Shown here: in pieces, positions 8,728-18,707 of the stretch
Position numbering within the stretch: the first letter of the stretch is position 1
Layout: the number at the start of each line of letters is the position of its first letter
Assembly (NCBI GenBank): GCA_031394595.1
Contig: JANNTZ010000304.1
Coordinates: 1 to 36,332, forward strand
Direction: 5' to 3'
DNA length: 36,332 nt
DNA from: Acidobacteriota bacterium
GTDB lineage: Bacteria; Acidobacteriota; Polarisedimenticolia; Gp22-AA2
Program-made: the position numbers and the translations under genes
Notes under the pieces: model-generated
The model's database searches: none
What the model was told of the DNA's origin: nothing
What the model saw: only the letters and a program-made list of their open reading frames with translations

Positions 8728-11700
8728 ATGGCGGAACCGTCCTTCGTCCACCTGCACAATCACACGCAGTACTCGCTGCTCGACGGCGCGCAACGTCTCG
8801 AGGAGCTGGTCGACCAGGCGGTCCGCTTCGGGATGCCGGCCGTGGCGATGACCGACCACGGCAACCTGTTCGGGGCCATCCCGTTCCTGGACCTGGCGGT
8901 GGAACGTGGCATCAAGCCGATCCTCGGCTGCGAGACCTATATCGCACCGGGTTCGCGGGCCGACCGCACGCCCCAGGGGCCGGGGAAGAAGCCGTACTAC
9001 CACCTGCTCCTGCTGGTCCGCGACCGCGAGGGGTACCGCAACCTGATGCGGCTGTCCACGGCCGGGTTCCTGGAGGGGTACTACTATCGCCCGCGGATCG
9101 ACAAGGAGATCCTGGCGCGTCATGCGGGCGGGCTGATCGCCACCTCGACCTGCCTGGGAGGCGAAATCCCGCAATTGATCCTGGCGGGAAGGACGGCGGA
9201 AGCCGAGCGTGTGGCCGGGGAGTTCCGGGACATCTTCGGGCCCGAGAACTTCTATTTCGAGATCCAGGACCAGGGAATTCCCGAGGAACGCGCGGTCAAC
9301 GAGGTCCTGGTGCCGATGGGGCGCCGGCTGGGAATCCCCCTGCTGGCCACCAACGATTGTCACTTCCTGCAGCGCGACGATCACTTCGCCCACGACGTGC
9401 TGATCTGCATCCAGACCGGCAAGACCACGAAGGATGCCGACCGGATGCGCTTCACCCAGGAGCACTACTTCAAGTCCCCCCAGGAAATGTGGGCCCTGTT
9501 CCGCGATCTGCCCGAGGCCGCGGAGAACACCCTGCGCATCGCGGAGCGTTGCAACTTCGTCCTGGAGAAGGGCGAGAACCTCCTGCCGCATTTCCAGGTC
9601 CCCTCCGGTCGCACCACCGAGGACTACTTCCGCGAAGTGGCCGAGGCAGGTTTCGAAAGTCGGCTGCCGGCCTGGAGCGTCCTGGAGCGACAGGGGACCG
9701 CGGCCGCGCCGATCGCCGGGTACCGGCGCCGCCTCGACGACGAGCTCGCGATGATCATCCGGATGGGTTTCGCCGGTTACTTCCTGATCGTCTGGGACTT
9801 CATCAAGTACGCCCGCGATCACGGCATCCCGGTCGGGCCGGGACGCGGATCGGCCGCCGGATCGCTGGTGGCTTACTGCCTGCGGATCACCGACGTCGAT
9901 CCCCTGCGCTATGGCCTCCTGTTCGAGCGCTTCCTCAATCCCGAGCGGATCACCCTGCCGGAAATCGACATCGACTTCTGCATCCGCGGCCGCGGCCAGG
10001 TGATCGACTACGTGCGCGAGAAGTACGGCCGCGAGAACGTGGCCCAGATCATCACCTTCGCGACCCTCGGGGCGAAAGCGGTGGTGCGCGACGCCGGCCG
10101 GGGGCTGGATATCCCGTTCGGTGACTGCGATCGGATCGCCAAGATGATCCCGAGCGAGCCCGACATGACCATCGATCGCGCCCTGCAGACCACACCGGCG
10201 CTCAAGCAGCTCTACGACAAGGACGAACCGGTCCGCCAGCTGCTCGATGTCTCGCGGCGGCTGGAGGGGCTGACGCGGCACGCGTCGGTCCACGCGGCGG
10301 GGGTGGTGATCTCGCCCCGTCCGATCGTCGAGTACGCCCCCCTTGGGCGGACCCGGGACAACGAGATCGTGACCCAGTATGCGATGGACGAGATCGGCTC
10401 CATCGGGCTTCTGAAGATGGACTTCCTGGGGCTCAAGACCCTGACGCTCATCCACGACTGCGTGGCCCGCATCACGCGCGCCGACGGCGCCGGACTCGAC
10501 ATCGAGTCTTTGCCGCTGGACGATCCGGCCACCTACGCCATCTTCGCGGGCGCCCAGACCGCCGGCATCTTCCAGTTCGAGTCCTCGGGGATGCAGGACA
10601 TCCTGAGGCGCCTCAAGCCGGATCGCTTCGAGGACCTGATTGCGCTGAACGCCCTGTTCCGTCCCGGTCCGATCGGCTCCGGGATGATCGACGACTACAT
10701 CGATCGGCGACATGGCCGGCGGGAAGTCGAGCTCATCGTGCCGCAGCTGCGCGACGTGCTCGGGGAAACCTACGGGGTCATCGTCTACCAGGAGCAGGTC
10801 ATGCAGATCGCCTCGGGTCTCGGGGGATTTACCATGGGCGAGGCCGACCTCCTGCGGCGCGCCATGGGCAAGAAGAAGAAGGACGTGATGGCGGCGCAGC
10901 GCGCCCAGTTCGTCCGCGGCTGCTGCGAACGCGGGGTCGCGGAGAAGGACGCCGGGAAAATCTTCGACCTGATGGAGCATTTCGCCGGGTACGGGTTCAA
11001 CAAGGCGCACAGCACCGCCTACGCCCTGGTCGCCTACCGCACCGCCTGGCTCAAGACCCACCACCCACAGCATTTCATGGCGGCCCTGCTGACGGCCGAG
11101 CGCGAGAATACGGACAACATCGTCAAGTACATCGGGGAATGCCGGGCGATGAAGATCGCCGTGCTGCCACCCGACCTCAACACCTCGGATGTCGATTTCA
11201 CCGTCGAGACCGAAGGGATCCGGTTCGGCCTGAGCGCCATCAGGAACGTCGGCGAAGGCGCGGTCCAAAAGATCCTCGAGGTCCGGCAGCGCCTGGGACG
11301 GTTTGCCTCGCTGGAAGAACTCTGCCGGGAGGTCGATCTCAGGCTGGTCAACAAGCGTGTGCTCGAGTCGCTGGTCAAGGCCGGGAGTTGTGATGGCCTG
11401 GGGGCGAACCGCGCCACGCTGTGTGCCGCTGTGGACGGCTCCATCGAGGCGGCCCAGAAGGCGGCGCGCGATCGTGACAGCGGCCAGAGTGACCTGTTCG
11501 GCAAGACCGCGCCGCGGGCGGCGGCGACCCACCTCGCCCCCCAACCTGAGTGGCCCGAGGCCGAGCGGCTGGCTCACGAAAAGGAGACCCTGGGCTTCTA
11601 CGTCAGCGGGCATCCCTTGCACGAATTCGCGCAGGTCCTGGCCGGGCTGGTCAGTCACACGACGGGCACCATCCGAAACGCCCCGGCCACGCGCAAGGCG

Positions 11701-12186
11701 ACGATGGCGGGAATCATCGCGGCTCTCAAGAAGCGGAAGACGCGCAAAGGCGACCTGATGGCTGTCTTCCGCTTCGAAGACCTCGAGGGGGCGGTCGAAG
11801 CGATTGTCTTCCCCGAGACCTACGGGCGGATCCACAGCCTGATCGAGGAGGATGCCGCCCTGCTCCTGACGGGGACGGTCGAAGTTTCCGAGGACCAGCG
11901 GCGGCTGGTCGTCGACCAGGCCCTGCCGCTGGACCAGGCCGAGGAAAAGCATGCCCGCGAAATGATCCTCGCGCTGCCGGGGATGGTCCGGGACGACACC
12001 CTGATCGAAGTGCGGCGACTCATCCGCGACCGCCCGGGACCCTGCCCGGTCTTTGTCGAAGTGGTCCGTCCGGAAGGGTTCCGCGCCATGCTCCGGGCGG
12101 AGAACGCCCTCAAGGTTTCGCCCAGCCGCGACCTGACCCTGGCGCTCGAGGGGCTGCTGGGCAGGGGAGCGGTCCGGTTCCGTTGA
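8728..12186 (+). CDS. dnaE: DNA polymerase III alpha subunit
   Basis: PHP N-terminus FVHLHNHTQYSLLDG; about 1150 aa; ATG 8728 with GGGAG SD, 2 nt after guaA stop. Confidence 0.97.
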   Translation: MAEPSFVHLHNHTQYSLLDGAQRLEELVDQAVRFGMPAVAMTDHGNLFGAIPFLDLAVERGIKPILGCETYIAPGSRADRTPQGPGKKPYYHLLLLVRDREGYRNLMRLSTAGFLEGYYYRPRIDKEILARHAGGLIATSTCLGGEIPQLILAGRTAEAERVAGEFRDIFGPENFYFEIQDQGIPEERAVNEVLVPMGRRLGIPLLATNDCHFLQRDDHFAHDVLICIQTGKTTKDADRMRFTQEHYFKSPQEMWALFRDLPEAAENTLRIAERCNFVLEKGENLLPHFQVPSGRTTEDYFREVAEAGFESRLPAWSVLERQGTAAAPIAGYRRRLDDELAMIIRMGFAGYFLIVWDFIKYARDHGIPVGPGRGSAAGSLVAYCLRITDVDPLRYGLLFERFLNPERITLPEIDIDFCIRGRGQVIDYVREKYGRENVAQIITFATLGAKAVVRDAGRGLDIPFGDCDRIAKMIPSEPDMTIDRALQTTPALKQLYDKDEPVRQLLDVSRRLEGLTRHASVHAAGVVISPRPIVEYAPLGRTRDNEIVTQYAMDEIGSIGLLKMDFLGLKTLTLIHDCVARITRADGAGLDIESLPLDDPATYAIFAGAQTAGIFQFESSGMQDILRRLKPDRFEDLIALNALFRPGPIGSGMIDDYIDRRHGRREVELIVPQLRDVLGETYGVIVYQEQVMQIASGLGGFTMGEADLLRRAMGKKKKDVMAAQRAQFVRGCCERGVAEKDAGKIFDLMEHFAGYGFNKAHSTAYALVAYRTAWLKTHHPQHFMAALLTAERENTDNIVKYIGECRAMKIAVLPPDLNTSDVDFTVETEGIRFGLSAIRNVGEGAVQKILEVRQRLGRFASLEELCREVDLRLVNKRVLESLVKAGSCDGLGANRATLCAAVDGSIEAAQKAARDRDSGQSDLFGKTAPRAAATHLAPQPEWPEAERLAHEKETLGFYVSGHPLHEFAQVLAGLVSHTTGTIRNAPATRKATMAGIIAALKKRKTRKGDLMAVFRFEDLEGAVEAIVFPETYGRIHSLIEEDAALLLTGTVEVSEDQRRLVVDQALPLDQAEEKHAREMILALPGMVRDDTLIEVRRLIRDRPGPCPVFVEVVRPEGFRAMLRAENALKVSPSRDLTLALEGLLGRGAVRFR

Positions 12187-12267
12187 CTTCCGCATCCCAG
12201 TCCTTTATTCTCATCGACTTCCGGGTCGCGTTTCGCACCGGTCGCTGAAGGAGAAAGGAGCCAGCCG

Positions 12268-13416
12268 ATGGGCCAGGGGAAAAGCCTGTTCACCTCCGAA
12301 TCGGTCACGGAGGGGCATCCGGACAAGATCGCGGACCAGGTCTCTGACGCTCTGCTGGACGCGGCGCTGACCCAGGATCCCGCGTCGCGTGTTGCGATCG
12401 AGACCCTGGTGACGACGGGGGTGGTGTTCGTGGCGGGAGAGATGACCACGAAGGCCTCCCTGGACGTCCCGACGATCGTGCGCGACACCGTGCGGGAGAT
12501 CGGCTACACCCATTCCTGCTTCGGTTTCGACAGCGAGACCTGTTCGGTGCTCAACGCCATCAAGAAACAGTCCCCTGACATCGCCATGGGGGTCGACACC
12601 GGCGGCGCCGGGGACCAGGGCATGATGTTCGGGTTTGCCTGTCGCGAGACGCCCGAGTTGATGCCGATGCCGATCATCCTTGCGCACCGGCTGGTGCGCC
12701 GGCTCTCCGAACTCCGCCGCTCGGGAAAGCTCGGCTATCTCGGCCCGGACGGGAAGTCCCAGGTCACGGTGGAATATCGCGACGGTCGCCCGGCGAGGGT
12801 CGAGGCGGTGGTCGTCTCGACCCAGCACAAGGACGAGATTGCGGTCGAGGACCTGAGACGCGACGTGGAGCGCGACGTAATCCGCGCCGTCATCCCGGAT
12901 GAACTGCGTGACGGAGCGACCAAGATCCACATCAACCCGACCGGCCGGTTCGTCGTCGGCGGTCCGCAGGGGGATACCGGAGTCACGGGTCGGAAGATCA
13001 TCGTCGACACCTACGGCGGGTACGCGCATCACGGCGGCGGCGCGTTCTCGGGCAAGGACCCGACCAAGGTCGACCGATCGGCGGCCTACATGGCGCGCTA
13101 CATCGCCAAGAACCTGGTGGCAGCGGGCCTGGCGGATCGGCTCGAAGTCCAGATCGCCTACGCCATCGGCGTGGCCGACCCGGTATCGGTCATGGTCAAC
13201 ACCCAGTCGACCGGTGCGGTCCCGGACGAACAGATCGTCCGGCTGATCCGCGATCACTTCGGGCTGAAGCCGCGCGAGATCACCCGGGACCTGGGCCTGC
13301 AGAGGCCGATCTACAAGGCGACCGCGGCGTTCGGCCATTTCGGGCGCAGCGAGGGCGATTTCACCTGGGAGCGGACCGATCGCGCCGAGGCGCTGCGCCG
13401 GGCAGCGCGCCTGTAG
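12268..13416 (+). CDS. metK: S-adenosylmethionine synthetase
   Basis: [21 protein letters not shown]..., [19 protein letters not shown] signatures; AAGGAG SD. Confidence 0.97.
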   Translation: MGQGKSLFTSESVTEGHPDKIADQVSDALLDAALTQDPASRVAIETLVTTGVVFVAGEMTTKASLDVPTIVRDTVREIGYTHSCFGFDSETCSVLNAIKKQSPDIAMGVDTGGAGDQGMMFGFACRETPELMPMPIILAHRLVRRLSELRRSGKLGYLGPDGKSQVTVEYRDGRPARVEAVVVSTQHKDEIAVEDLRRDVERDVIRAVIPDELRDGATKIHINPTGRFVVGGPQGDTGVTGRKIIVDTYGGYAHHGGGAFSGKDPTKVDRSAAYMARYIAKNLVAAGLADRLEVQIAYAIGVADPVSVMVNTQSTGAVPDEQIVRLIRDHFGLKPREITRDLGLQRPIYKATAAFGHFGRSEGDFTWERTDRAEALRRAARL

Positions 13417-13434
13417 CGCGCGGATGGAGGGGAC

Positions 13435-14703
13435 GTGGCACGCGTGGATTCCGACGTCAAGGACCTGAAGTTCGCACCGGCAGGACACTCGCGCATCGCC
13501 TGGGCCGACGCGCAGATGCCGGTCCTGCGCGCCATCCGGGAGCGCTTCGCCAAGGAGAAGCCATTGGCCGGAATGCGACTGGCCGCCTGTCTGCACGTCA
13601 CCTCCGAGACCGCAAACCTCGCGCGCACGCTGGCGGCGGGCGGGGCGCAGGTGCGGTTGTGCGCCAGCAACCCGCTCTCGACGCAGGACGATGTGGCGGC
13701 GTCCCTGGTGGCCGATCACGGCATCGCGACCTTCGCGATTAAGGGCGAGGACAACGACACCTATTACCGTCACATCCTGAGCTCCCTCGAGGGGGGGCCG
13801 CACCTGACCATGGACGACGGCGCCGACCTGGTCAGCGTCCTGCACTCGAAGAAGCGCGACCTGCTCAAGGGAATCGTGGGCGGGACCGAGGAGACGACCA
13901 CCGGCATCATCCGCCTCACCAGCATGGCGAGCGAGGGAGTGCTCACGTACCCGATCATCGCGGTCAACGACGCGATGACCAAGCACTTCTTTGACAACCG
14001 CTACGGGACCGGTCAGAGCACCCTGGACGGCATCGTTCGGGCGACGAACTTCCTGATCGCCGGGCTCAAGGTGGTGATTGCCGGCTACGGCTGGTGCGGG
14101 CGTGGAATCGCGCTGCGGGCACGCGGGCTTGGAGCGCACGTCATCATCGCGGAAATCGACCCGGTGAAGGCGCTTGAGGCGGTCCTCGACGGGCACGAGG
14201 TCCTGCCGATGGAAGACGCCGCGCAGCGCGGCGACATCTTCGTGACCGTCACCGGCAACAAGCACGTCCTGAACGCGGCGCATTTCCGTCTCATGAAGGA
14301 CGGCGCCGTGCTGGCGAATTCGGGACACTTCAACGTCGAGATCGATATCCCCGCCCTCGAGGCCATGGCGGGTGGGCGCCGGGAGCGGATCCGCGACTTC
14401 ATTGATCAGTACGTCCTCCCCGATGGCCGGCGAATCAATCTGCTTGGCGAAGGCCGGCTGATCAACCTGGCAGCGGCCGAAGGGCACCCGGCTTCGGTGA
14501 TGGACATGTCCTTTGCGAACCAGGCCCTGGCCGCGGAATACATTGCGAAGGAAGGCAAGTCGCTGACCCGTCAGGTCCATCCCGTTCCCCCGGCGATCGA
14601 TCGTGCCATCGCGCGGCTAAAGCTCGAGACCATGGGCGTGCGAATCGACGCCCTGTCCGCCGACCAGCAGACTTACATGTCCAGCTGGAACGAGGGGACC
14701 TAG
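13435..14703 (+). CDS. ahcY: adenosylhomocysteinase
   Basis: Full-length AhcY-like; NAD-binding GYGWCGRG; GTG start with GGAGGGG SD. Confidence 0.96.
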   Translation: MARVDSDVKDLKFAPAGHSRIAWADAQMPVLRAIRERFAKEKPLAGMRLAACLHVTSETANLARTLAAGGAQVRLCASNPLSTQDDVAASLVADHGIATFAIKGEDNDTYYRHILSSLEGGPHLTMDDGADLVSVLHSKKRDLLKGIVGGTEETTTGIIRLTSMASEGVLTYPIIAVNDAMTKHFFDNRYGTGQSTLDGIVRATNFLIAGLKVVIAGYGWCGRGIALRARGLGAHVIIAEIDPVKALEAVLDGHEVLPMEDAAQRGDIFVTVTGNKHVLNAAHFRLMKDGAVLANSGHFNVEIDIPALEAMAGGRRERIRDFIDQYVLPDGRRINLLGEGRLINLAAAEGHPASVMDMSFANQALAAEYIAKEGKSLTRQVHPVPPAIDRAIARLKLETMGVRIDALSADQQTYMSSWNEGT

Positions 14704-14722
14704 GAGTCCGGCCGCACCCGCC

Positions 14723-17700
14723 ATGACCCTTGACGCGATCCTCCGGCGCAGGGTCCCGATTGCGATCGTCTTCGTCCTCCTGTCGCTCTGGATGGCGGCA
14801 GGGATCCGACGGATCGATGTCGCCGAGGGACAGGCGATCCGCGACTCGCCACTGGGGATCCTGGCGCCCGTTGTGGTTGCCCCGGGCTGGCACTTCGCGC
14901 CGCCGGGAATCGTCCGACTCTCGACTTATCCCACCGGTGGCGCCACTTACGGCTTCACGCTCGGGGGCGATGACGCCAGTGCGCTGGTGTCCCGCGAGGG
15001 GATCGCGCTGCTGACCGCGGGCACGATCCGCTACCGTGTCGAGCCAGAGAGGATCCTTGAAGCGCACGCCGCCCTCGGATCCGGGTTCAACCGGCGCCTC
15101 CTGCCCGGATGGGTGCTTGCAGATCTGCGGGCCGCCGTCCGGGAGTCCGGCTACAGCGATATCTCCGGCGCTCGCACCGAGGTGCTGCGCGAGAGCCTGG
15201 CCCGGGCGCTCACCGAGCGCTTCCGCCCGATCGGGCTGACCCTGCTGTCGTGCGATGTGAGCGGCGTGCAGATGCGGGCGGCGGATGCGGGCGCTGCCGC
15301 CGCACCGGCGGTGCGTTCGCGGGTCGTTCTGATTGGCCTCGATGGTGCCGACTGGAACGTCCTCAATCCCTTGATCGAGGCGGGCAGCCTGCCCAATATC
15401 GCGCGGCTGGCGCGTGGTGGCGTGCGCGGGAGGCTGCGCGCCATCACCCCGATGCTCTCCCCGGTCATCTGGACCAGCATCGCCACGGGAGTCCTTCCGG
15501 CGAGGCACGGGATCATCGATTTCCTCGCCAGCACCGGCCGCGAAGGAGAGAAGGTGCCTGTGACCTCGACCCTACGCCGGACCCGCGCGATCTGGAACAT
15601 CCTCAGCGATCGTGGCGTGTCGGTCGGTATCGTCGGATGGTGGGCCACCTACCCTGCGGAACAGGTGAACGGTTACGTGGTCTCCGACCGCGTGTCCTAC
15701 CAGCTTTTCGGGGCGCACCCGGCTCGGGCCCAGGCCCGGGAAGGGAAGGTCTACCCGCCCGATCTCGACCCGCTGATCACGTCGCTGACCATCCCGCCGG
15801 AGACCATCCCCGCCTCCACCGTTGAGCGCTTTGTTCGGATGCCCGAGGACCCCGCCGGGATGCCCGAGGCGCACGTCCGGATGATCGAAGAACTCAAGAC
15901 TCTGGTCGCGGCGGGAGACACCTACACCGGCATTGCCCTGGCCCTCGGGGAGCGGATGAAGCCCGACTTCCAAGCGATCTACATCGAGAGCACCGACACC
16001 ATCGCACACCTGTTCATGCGCTATGTCCCGCCGCCGCTGCCCGGGGTCCCTCCCGACGACGTGCGGCGCTTCGGGAGGGCGGTGGACGCGTACTACCGCC
16101 ATGCCGACGTCCTGGTCGGGCGACTCCTCGAAGCGGCCGGCGAGGACGCAGCGGTGATCCTCTGCTCCGACCATGGTTTCCGGACAGGGGAGAACCGGCC
16201 ACTCACCGACCCGCGGATCGGCTACGGTCAGGCGGCCGACTGGCACCGCAAGCACGGGGTGATCATCCTGCACGGCCCGCCGTTCCGACGCGGGGTCGAA
16301 CTGCAGGAGGCCTCTGTCCTCGACATCACGCCGACAGTGCTGGCGCTGTTCGGTCTCCCGGTGGCGGAGGAGATGGACGGCAGGCCAATCGTGGACGCCT
16401 TCGATCCGGATTTCCTGAAGCGTCACCCGATCACCTGGGTGCCGACCTACGAAGGAACCACGGTGGCCGCCTCGCCGCCAGGCCCACCGGAAACGCCCCC
16501 CGCGGATCCGGGAGGTGACAGCGAGTTGAAGGCAAAGCTGGAATCGCTCGGGTACCTGCGGCAGGACACTGCGAACTCCCACAACAATCGCGGCATGATC
16601 CTGCTGCAGGCAGGGAAATATGACGAGGCGATCGTCGAGTTCCGGGTGGCCATTGCGGCGTCCGAGGACCTCGGCATCGCGCGGCTCAACATCGCCCGGG
16701 CGCACTTCAAGAAACGGGAGTACGACGCCGCGGCGGCGGCGATCGCCGAGCACCTGGCCCGGCAGCCGCAGTCCAAGGACGCTGAAAACCTGCTCGGCAA
16801 CATCGCCATGGAGCGTGGGCGGACGGCTGAGGCCGAGGACCACTTGCGCAAAGCGCTGAGCTATGAGCCCAACTTCACCGATGCGCGCAACACACTGGGG
16901 ATCCTGTACGACCGGATGGGCCGCGCGGAGGACGCCCTGCGCGAGTTCCGCCGGGTCGTGGAGGTGGACCCGGAATACGCCGAAGCGCTGAACAACATCG
17001 GGATCATCGAGAAGAAACAGGGGCGGATGCGCGAGGCGATCGAGACGTTCAGGCGCGCCATCGCCGCCGACCCCGAATTCGCCGGGTCCTACAGCAACCT
17101 GGCGCTGATCCTGGAACAGAGCGGTGACCGGGCGGGTGCGGAAACCGAATATCGCAGGGCGCTGCAGCACGACCCGCGGAACGCCGCGGTGCGGACAAAC
17201 TACGGCGGGCTGCTGTACACGCTGGGACGGTACGACGAAGCGCGTCGGCAGTTGGAGGAGGCCGTGAAGGTCGATCCCGACTACGCTTCAGCCCACAACA
17301 ACCTCGGGGCGGTCTACGGCCGCCTCGGTCGGGACGCCGACGAGTTGACCGCCTACCGCCGCGCGGTTTCCCTCGATCCCGACTACGCGGATGTGCGTCA
17401 CAACCTCGGGCTGGCGCTGATCCGGCAGGGGAGAGCGGCCGAGGGGGAAGTGGAACTCCACGCCGCCCTGCGGATCGACCCGGACTATGCCCCGTCCTAT
17501 GTGGCGTTGGCGCGCGCGATCCTGGTACGCGGCGAGGTACGGTCGGCAGCCGATCTCCTGGCTGCAGCATCGCTGCGTCTGCCGCGCGACGCGGACATCG
17601 CGGCGCTTCTGGGCGAGGCCAGGATCCGGTCGGGGGATCGGGCCGGGGCGATCGAGGCCTTCGAGCGATCTCTCGCGATTCGCCCGGATCAGGAGGGAGT

Positions 17701-17737
17701 GCGTCGGCGCCTCGACGAGACACGGGCAGCCCCATGA
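14723..17737 (+). CDS. membrane-anchored multidomain protein: N-terminal TM + SPFH/band-7-like domain, type I phosphodiesterase/nucleotide pyrophosphatase (alkaline-phosphatase superfamily) domain, C-terminal TPR array
   Basis: TM VPIAIVFVLLSLWMAAGI; SPFH-like APGWHF..., TIRYRV...; Phosphodiest-like VVLIGLDGADWNV...ITPMLSPVIWTSIATGVLPARHGI; roughly ten TPR repeats (res ~620-1000). Confidence 0.75.
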   Translation: MTLDAILRRRVPIAIVFVLLSLWMAAGIRRIDVAEGQAIRDSPLGILAPVVVAPGWHFAPPGIVRLSTYPTGGATYGFTLGGDDASALVSREGIALLTAGTIRYRVEPERILEAHAALGSGFNRRLLPGWVLADLRAAVRESGYSDISGARTEVLRESLARALTERFRPIGLTLLSCDVSGVQMRAADAGAAAAPAVRSRVVLIGLDGADWNVLNPLIEAGSLPNIARLARGGVRGRLRAITPMLSPVIWTSIATGVLPARHGIIDFLASTGREGEKVPVTSTLRRTRAIWNILSDRGVSVGIVGWWATYPAEQVNGYVVSDRVSYQLFGAHPARAQAREGKVYPPDLDPLITSLTIPPETIPASTVERFVRMPEDPAGMPEAHVRMIEELKTLVAAGDTYTGIALALGERMKPDFQAIYIESTDTIAHLFMRYVPPPLPGVPPDDVRRFGRAVDAYYRHADVLVGRLLEAAGEDAAVILCSDHGFRTGENRPLTDPRIGYGQAADWHRKHGVIILHGPPFRRGVELQEASVLDITPTVLALFGLPVAEEMDGRPIVDAFDPDFLKRHPITWVPTYEGTTVAASPPGPPETPPADPGGDSELKAKLESLGYLRQDTANSHNNRGMILLQAGKYDEAIVEFRVAIAASEDLGIARLNIARAHFKKREYDAAAAAIAEHLARQPQSKDAENLLGNIAMERGRTAEAEDHLRKALSYEPNFTDARNTLGILYDRMGRAEDALREFRRVVEVDPEYAEALNNIGIIEKKQGRMREAIETFRRAIAADPEFAGSYSNLALILEQSGDRAGAETEYRRALQHDPRNAAVRTNYGGLLYTLGRYDEARRQLEEAVKVDPDYASAHNNLGAVYGRLGRDADELTAYRRAVSLDPDYADVRHNLGLALIRQGRAAEGEVELHAALRIDPDYAPSYVALARAILVRGEVRSAADLLAAASLRLPRDADIAALLGEARIRSGDRAGAIEAFERSLAIRPDQEGVRRRLDETRAAP

Positions 17738-18672
17738 TCGGATCGCGGGAAATGATGGTCCTCTTCCTGGTGGAGGTCGCCGCCGCCATGTCCATCCCGA
17801 CTCTCTGTGCCTCCCCCGGGGGCCAGGACCTGGTAGAAGCCGCCACGACCCCCGATTCGCGCCCGGGCGATCTGAATCTGTTTCAGATGGTGGCGAGGGC
17901 TGACCTGATCGTGGATGTCCGTATCCTCAAGGGTTCCCTCAAGTATGCGCTGGTGGAAGTCCGCGCCGCGATCAAGGGGGTTCCGCCGGACTTTCAGATT
18001 CGGGTGGCATTCCGCGATTTCAACTGGAGTCGGCCAAAAGGCGAGCCACCGATCGTGTTTCCCGACGGACAGCGGGAGATTCTCTTCCTCGTTCCGCAGA
18101 CCCACGAGAAGCCGTCGGAGAAGAACCGCGATCTCTACACGCTCTTTCGCGGGGGGGCTGGTCGGATCACCCCCGCGGCTGAAGGACCCGATCCGAGGGT
18201 GGAAGCAACCCGGAGGCTGGTCAAGATCGCGGCCCTCGATGCGGCGGCCCAGGTTGCCGCCCTGCATGGACTGATCGCCAGCGACAATCCGGCCCTGAGA
18301 GACACGGCCATGAAGGAAGTGACCAGGCTGCGGGCCGTCGACCCTTCGCTCTACCCGGTACTGACCGGCGTTCTCTCCTCTCCGGAGGCCGCGATGCGCG
18401 CCGACGCGATCGTCCTCATCCGCCAGATGTTCCTCACATTCGGGACGGGGGAGGGGTTGATGCTGGAAGAAGAGCCGGGGCGCATCGCCTTGGCGCGCGT
18501 GCTCGAACTGGCGCGAAACGATCCGGCCCCAGTCGTGCGCCGCGCCGCGGTGACTGCGCTCGCCGCCTGGCCGCGCCGTGATGAAACCGGTTCGGACCTC
18601 AAAACGCTGGCGACCGCTGACCCCGACCAGGAAGTTCGTTACGAGGCGCAGAGAGCGCTGCTGAAGCACTAG
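17734..18672 (+). CDS. HEAT/armadillo-repeat protein, probably secreted or membrane-anchored
   Basis: N-terminal hydrophobic segment MMVLFLVEVAAAMSIPTLCASPG; repeated helical motifs (ALRDTAMKEV, NDPAPVVRRAAVTALAAW, DPDQEVRYEAQRALL); ATGA overlap with upstream gene. Confidence 0.65.
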   Translation: MIGSREMMVLFLVEVAAAMSIPTLCASPGGQDLVEAATTPDSRPGDLNLFQMVARADLIVDVRILKGSLKYALVEVRAAIKGVPPDFQIRVAFRDFNWSRPKGEPPIVFPDGQREILFLVPQTHEKPSEKNRDLYTLFRGGAGRITPAAEGPDPRVEATRRLVKIAALDAAAQVAALHGLIASDNPALRDTAMKEVTRLRAVDPSLYPVLTGVLSSPEAAMRADAIVLIRQMFLTFGTGEGLMLEEEPGRIALARVLELARNDPAPVVRRAAVTALAAWPRRDETGSDLKTLATADPDQEVRYEAQRALLKH

Positions 18673-18677
18673 TTAAT

Positions 18678-18697
18678 GGTTAAAGCGATTCTTTAAC
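18678..18697. terminator. candidate bidirectional hairpin between convergent genes (GGTTAAAG cgatt CTTTAAC then tATTTgaatat)
   Basis: 7-bp perfect inverted repeat with 5-nt loop inside the 35-bp AT-rich gap between HEAT-repeat gene (+) and lptFG (-); short AT stem, so weak. Confidence 0.3.
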
Positions 18698-18707
18698 TAT
18701 TTGAATA

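Noticed and set aside
8680-12195. 1171-aa minus-strand ORF antisense to dnaE; also 7124..8332 antisense to guaA, 4400..6001 antisense to leuS/lptE, 12211..14580 antisense to metK/ahcY, 15572..17170 antisense to the TPR protein
   Set aside because: Sense strands carry unambiguous conserved motifs. The antisense translations are compositionally biased (R/G/P/D-rich) without motifs, which is the GC-rich stop-codon-poor artefact.
14723-17737. Phosphodiesterase domain considered as BREX PglZ
   Set aside because: The motif order (LIGLDGADWNV … PMLSPVIWTSIATGVLPARHGI) fits the NPP/Phosphodiest family better. No BREX partners (PglX methyltransferase, BrxC ATPase) are nearby.
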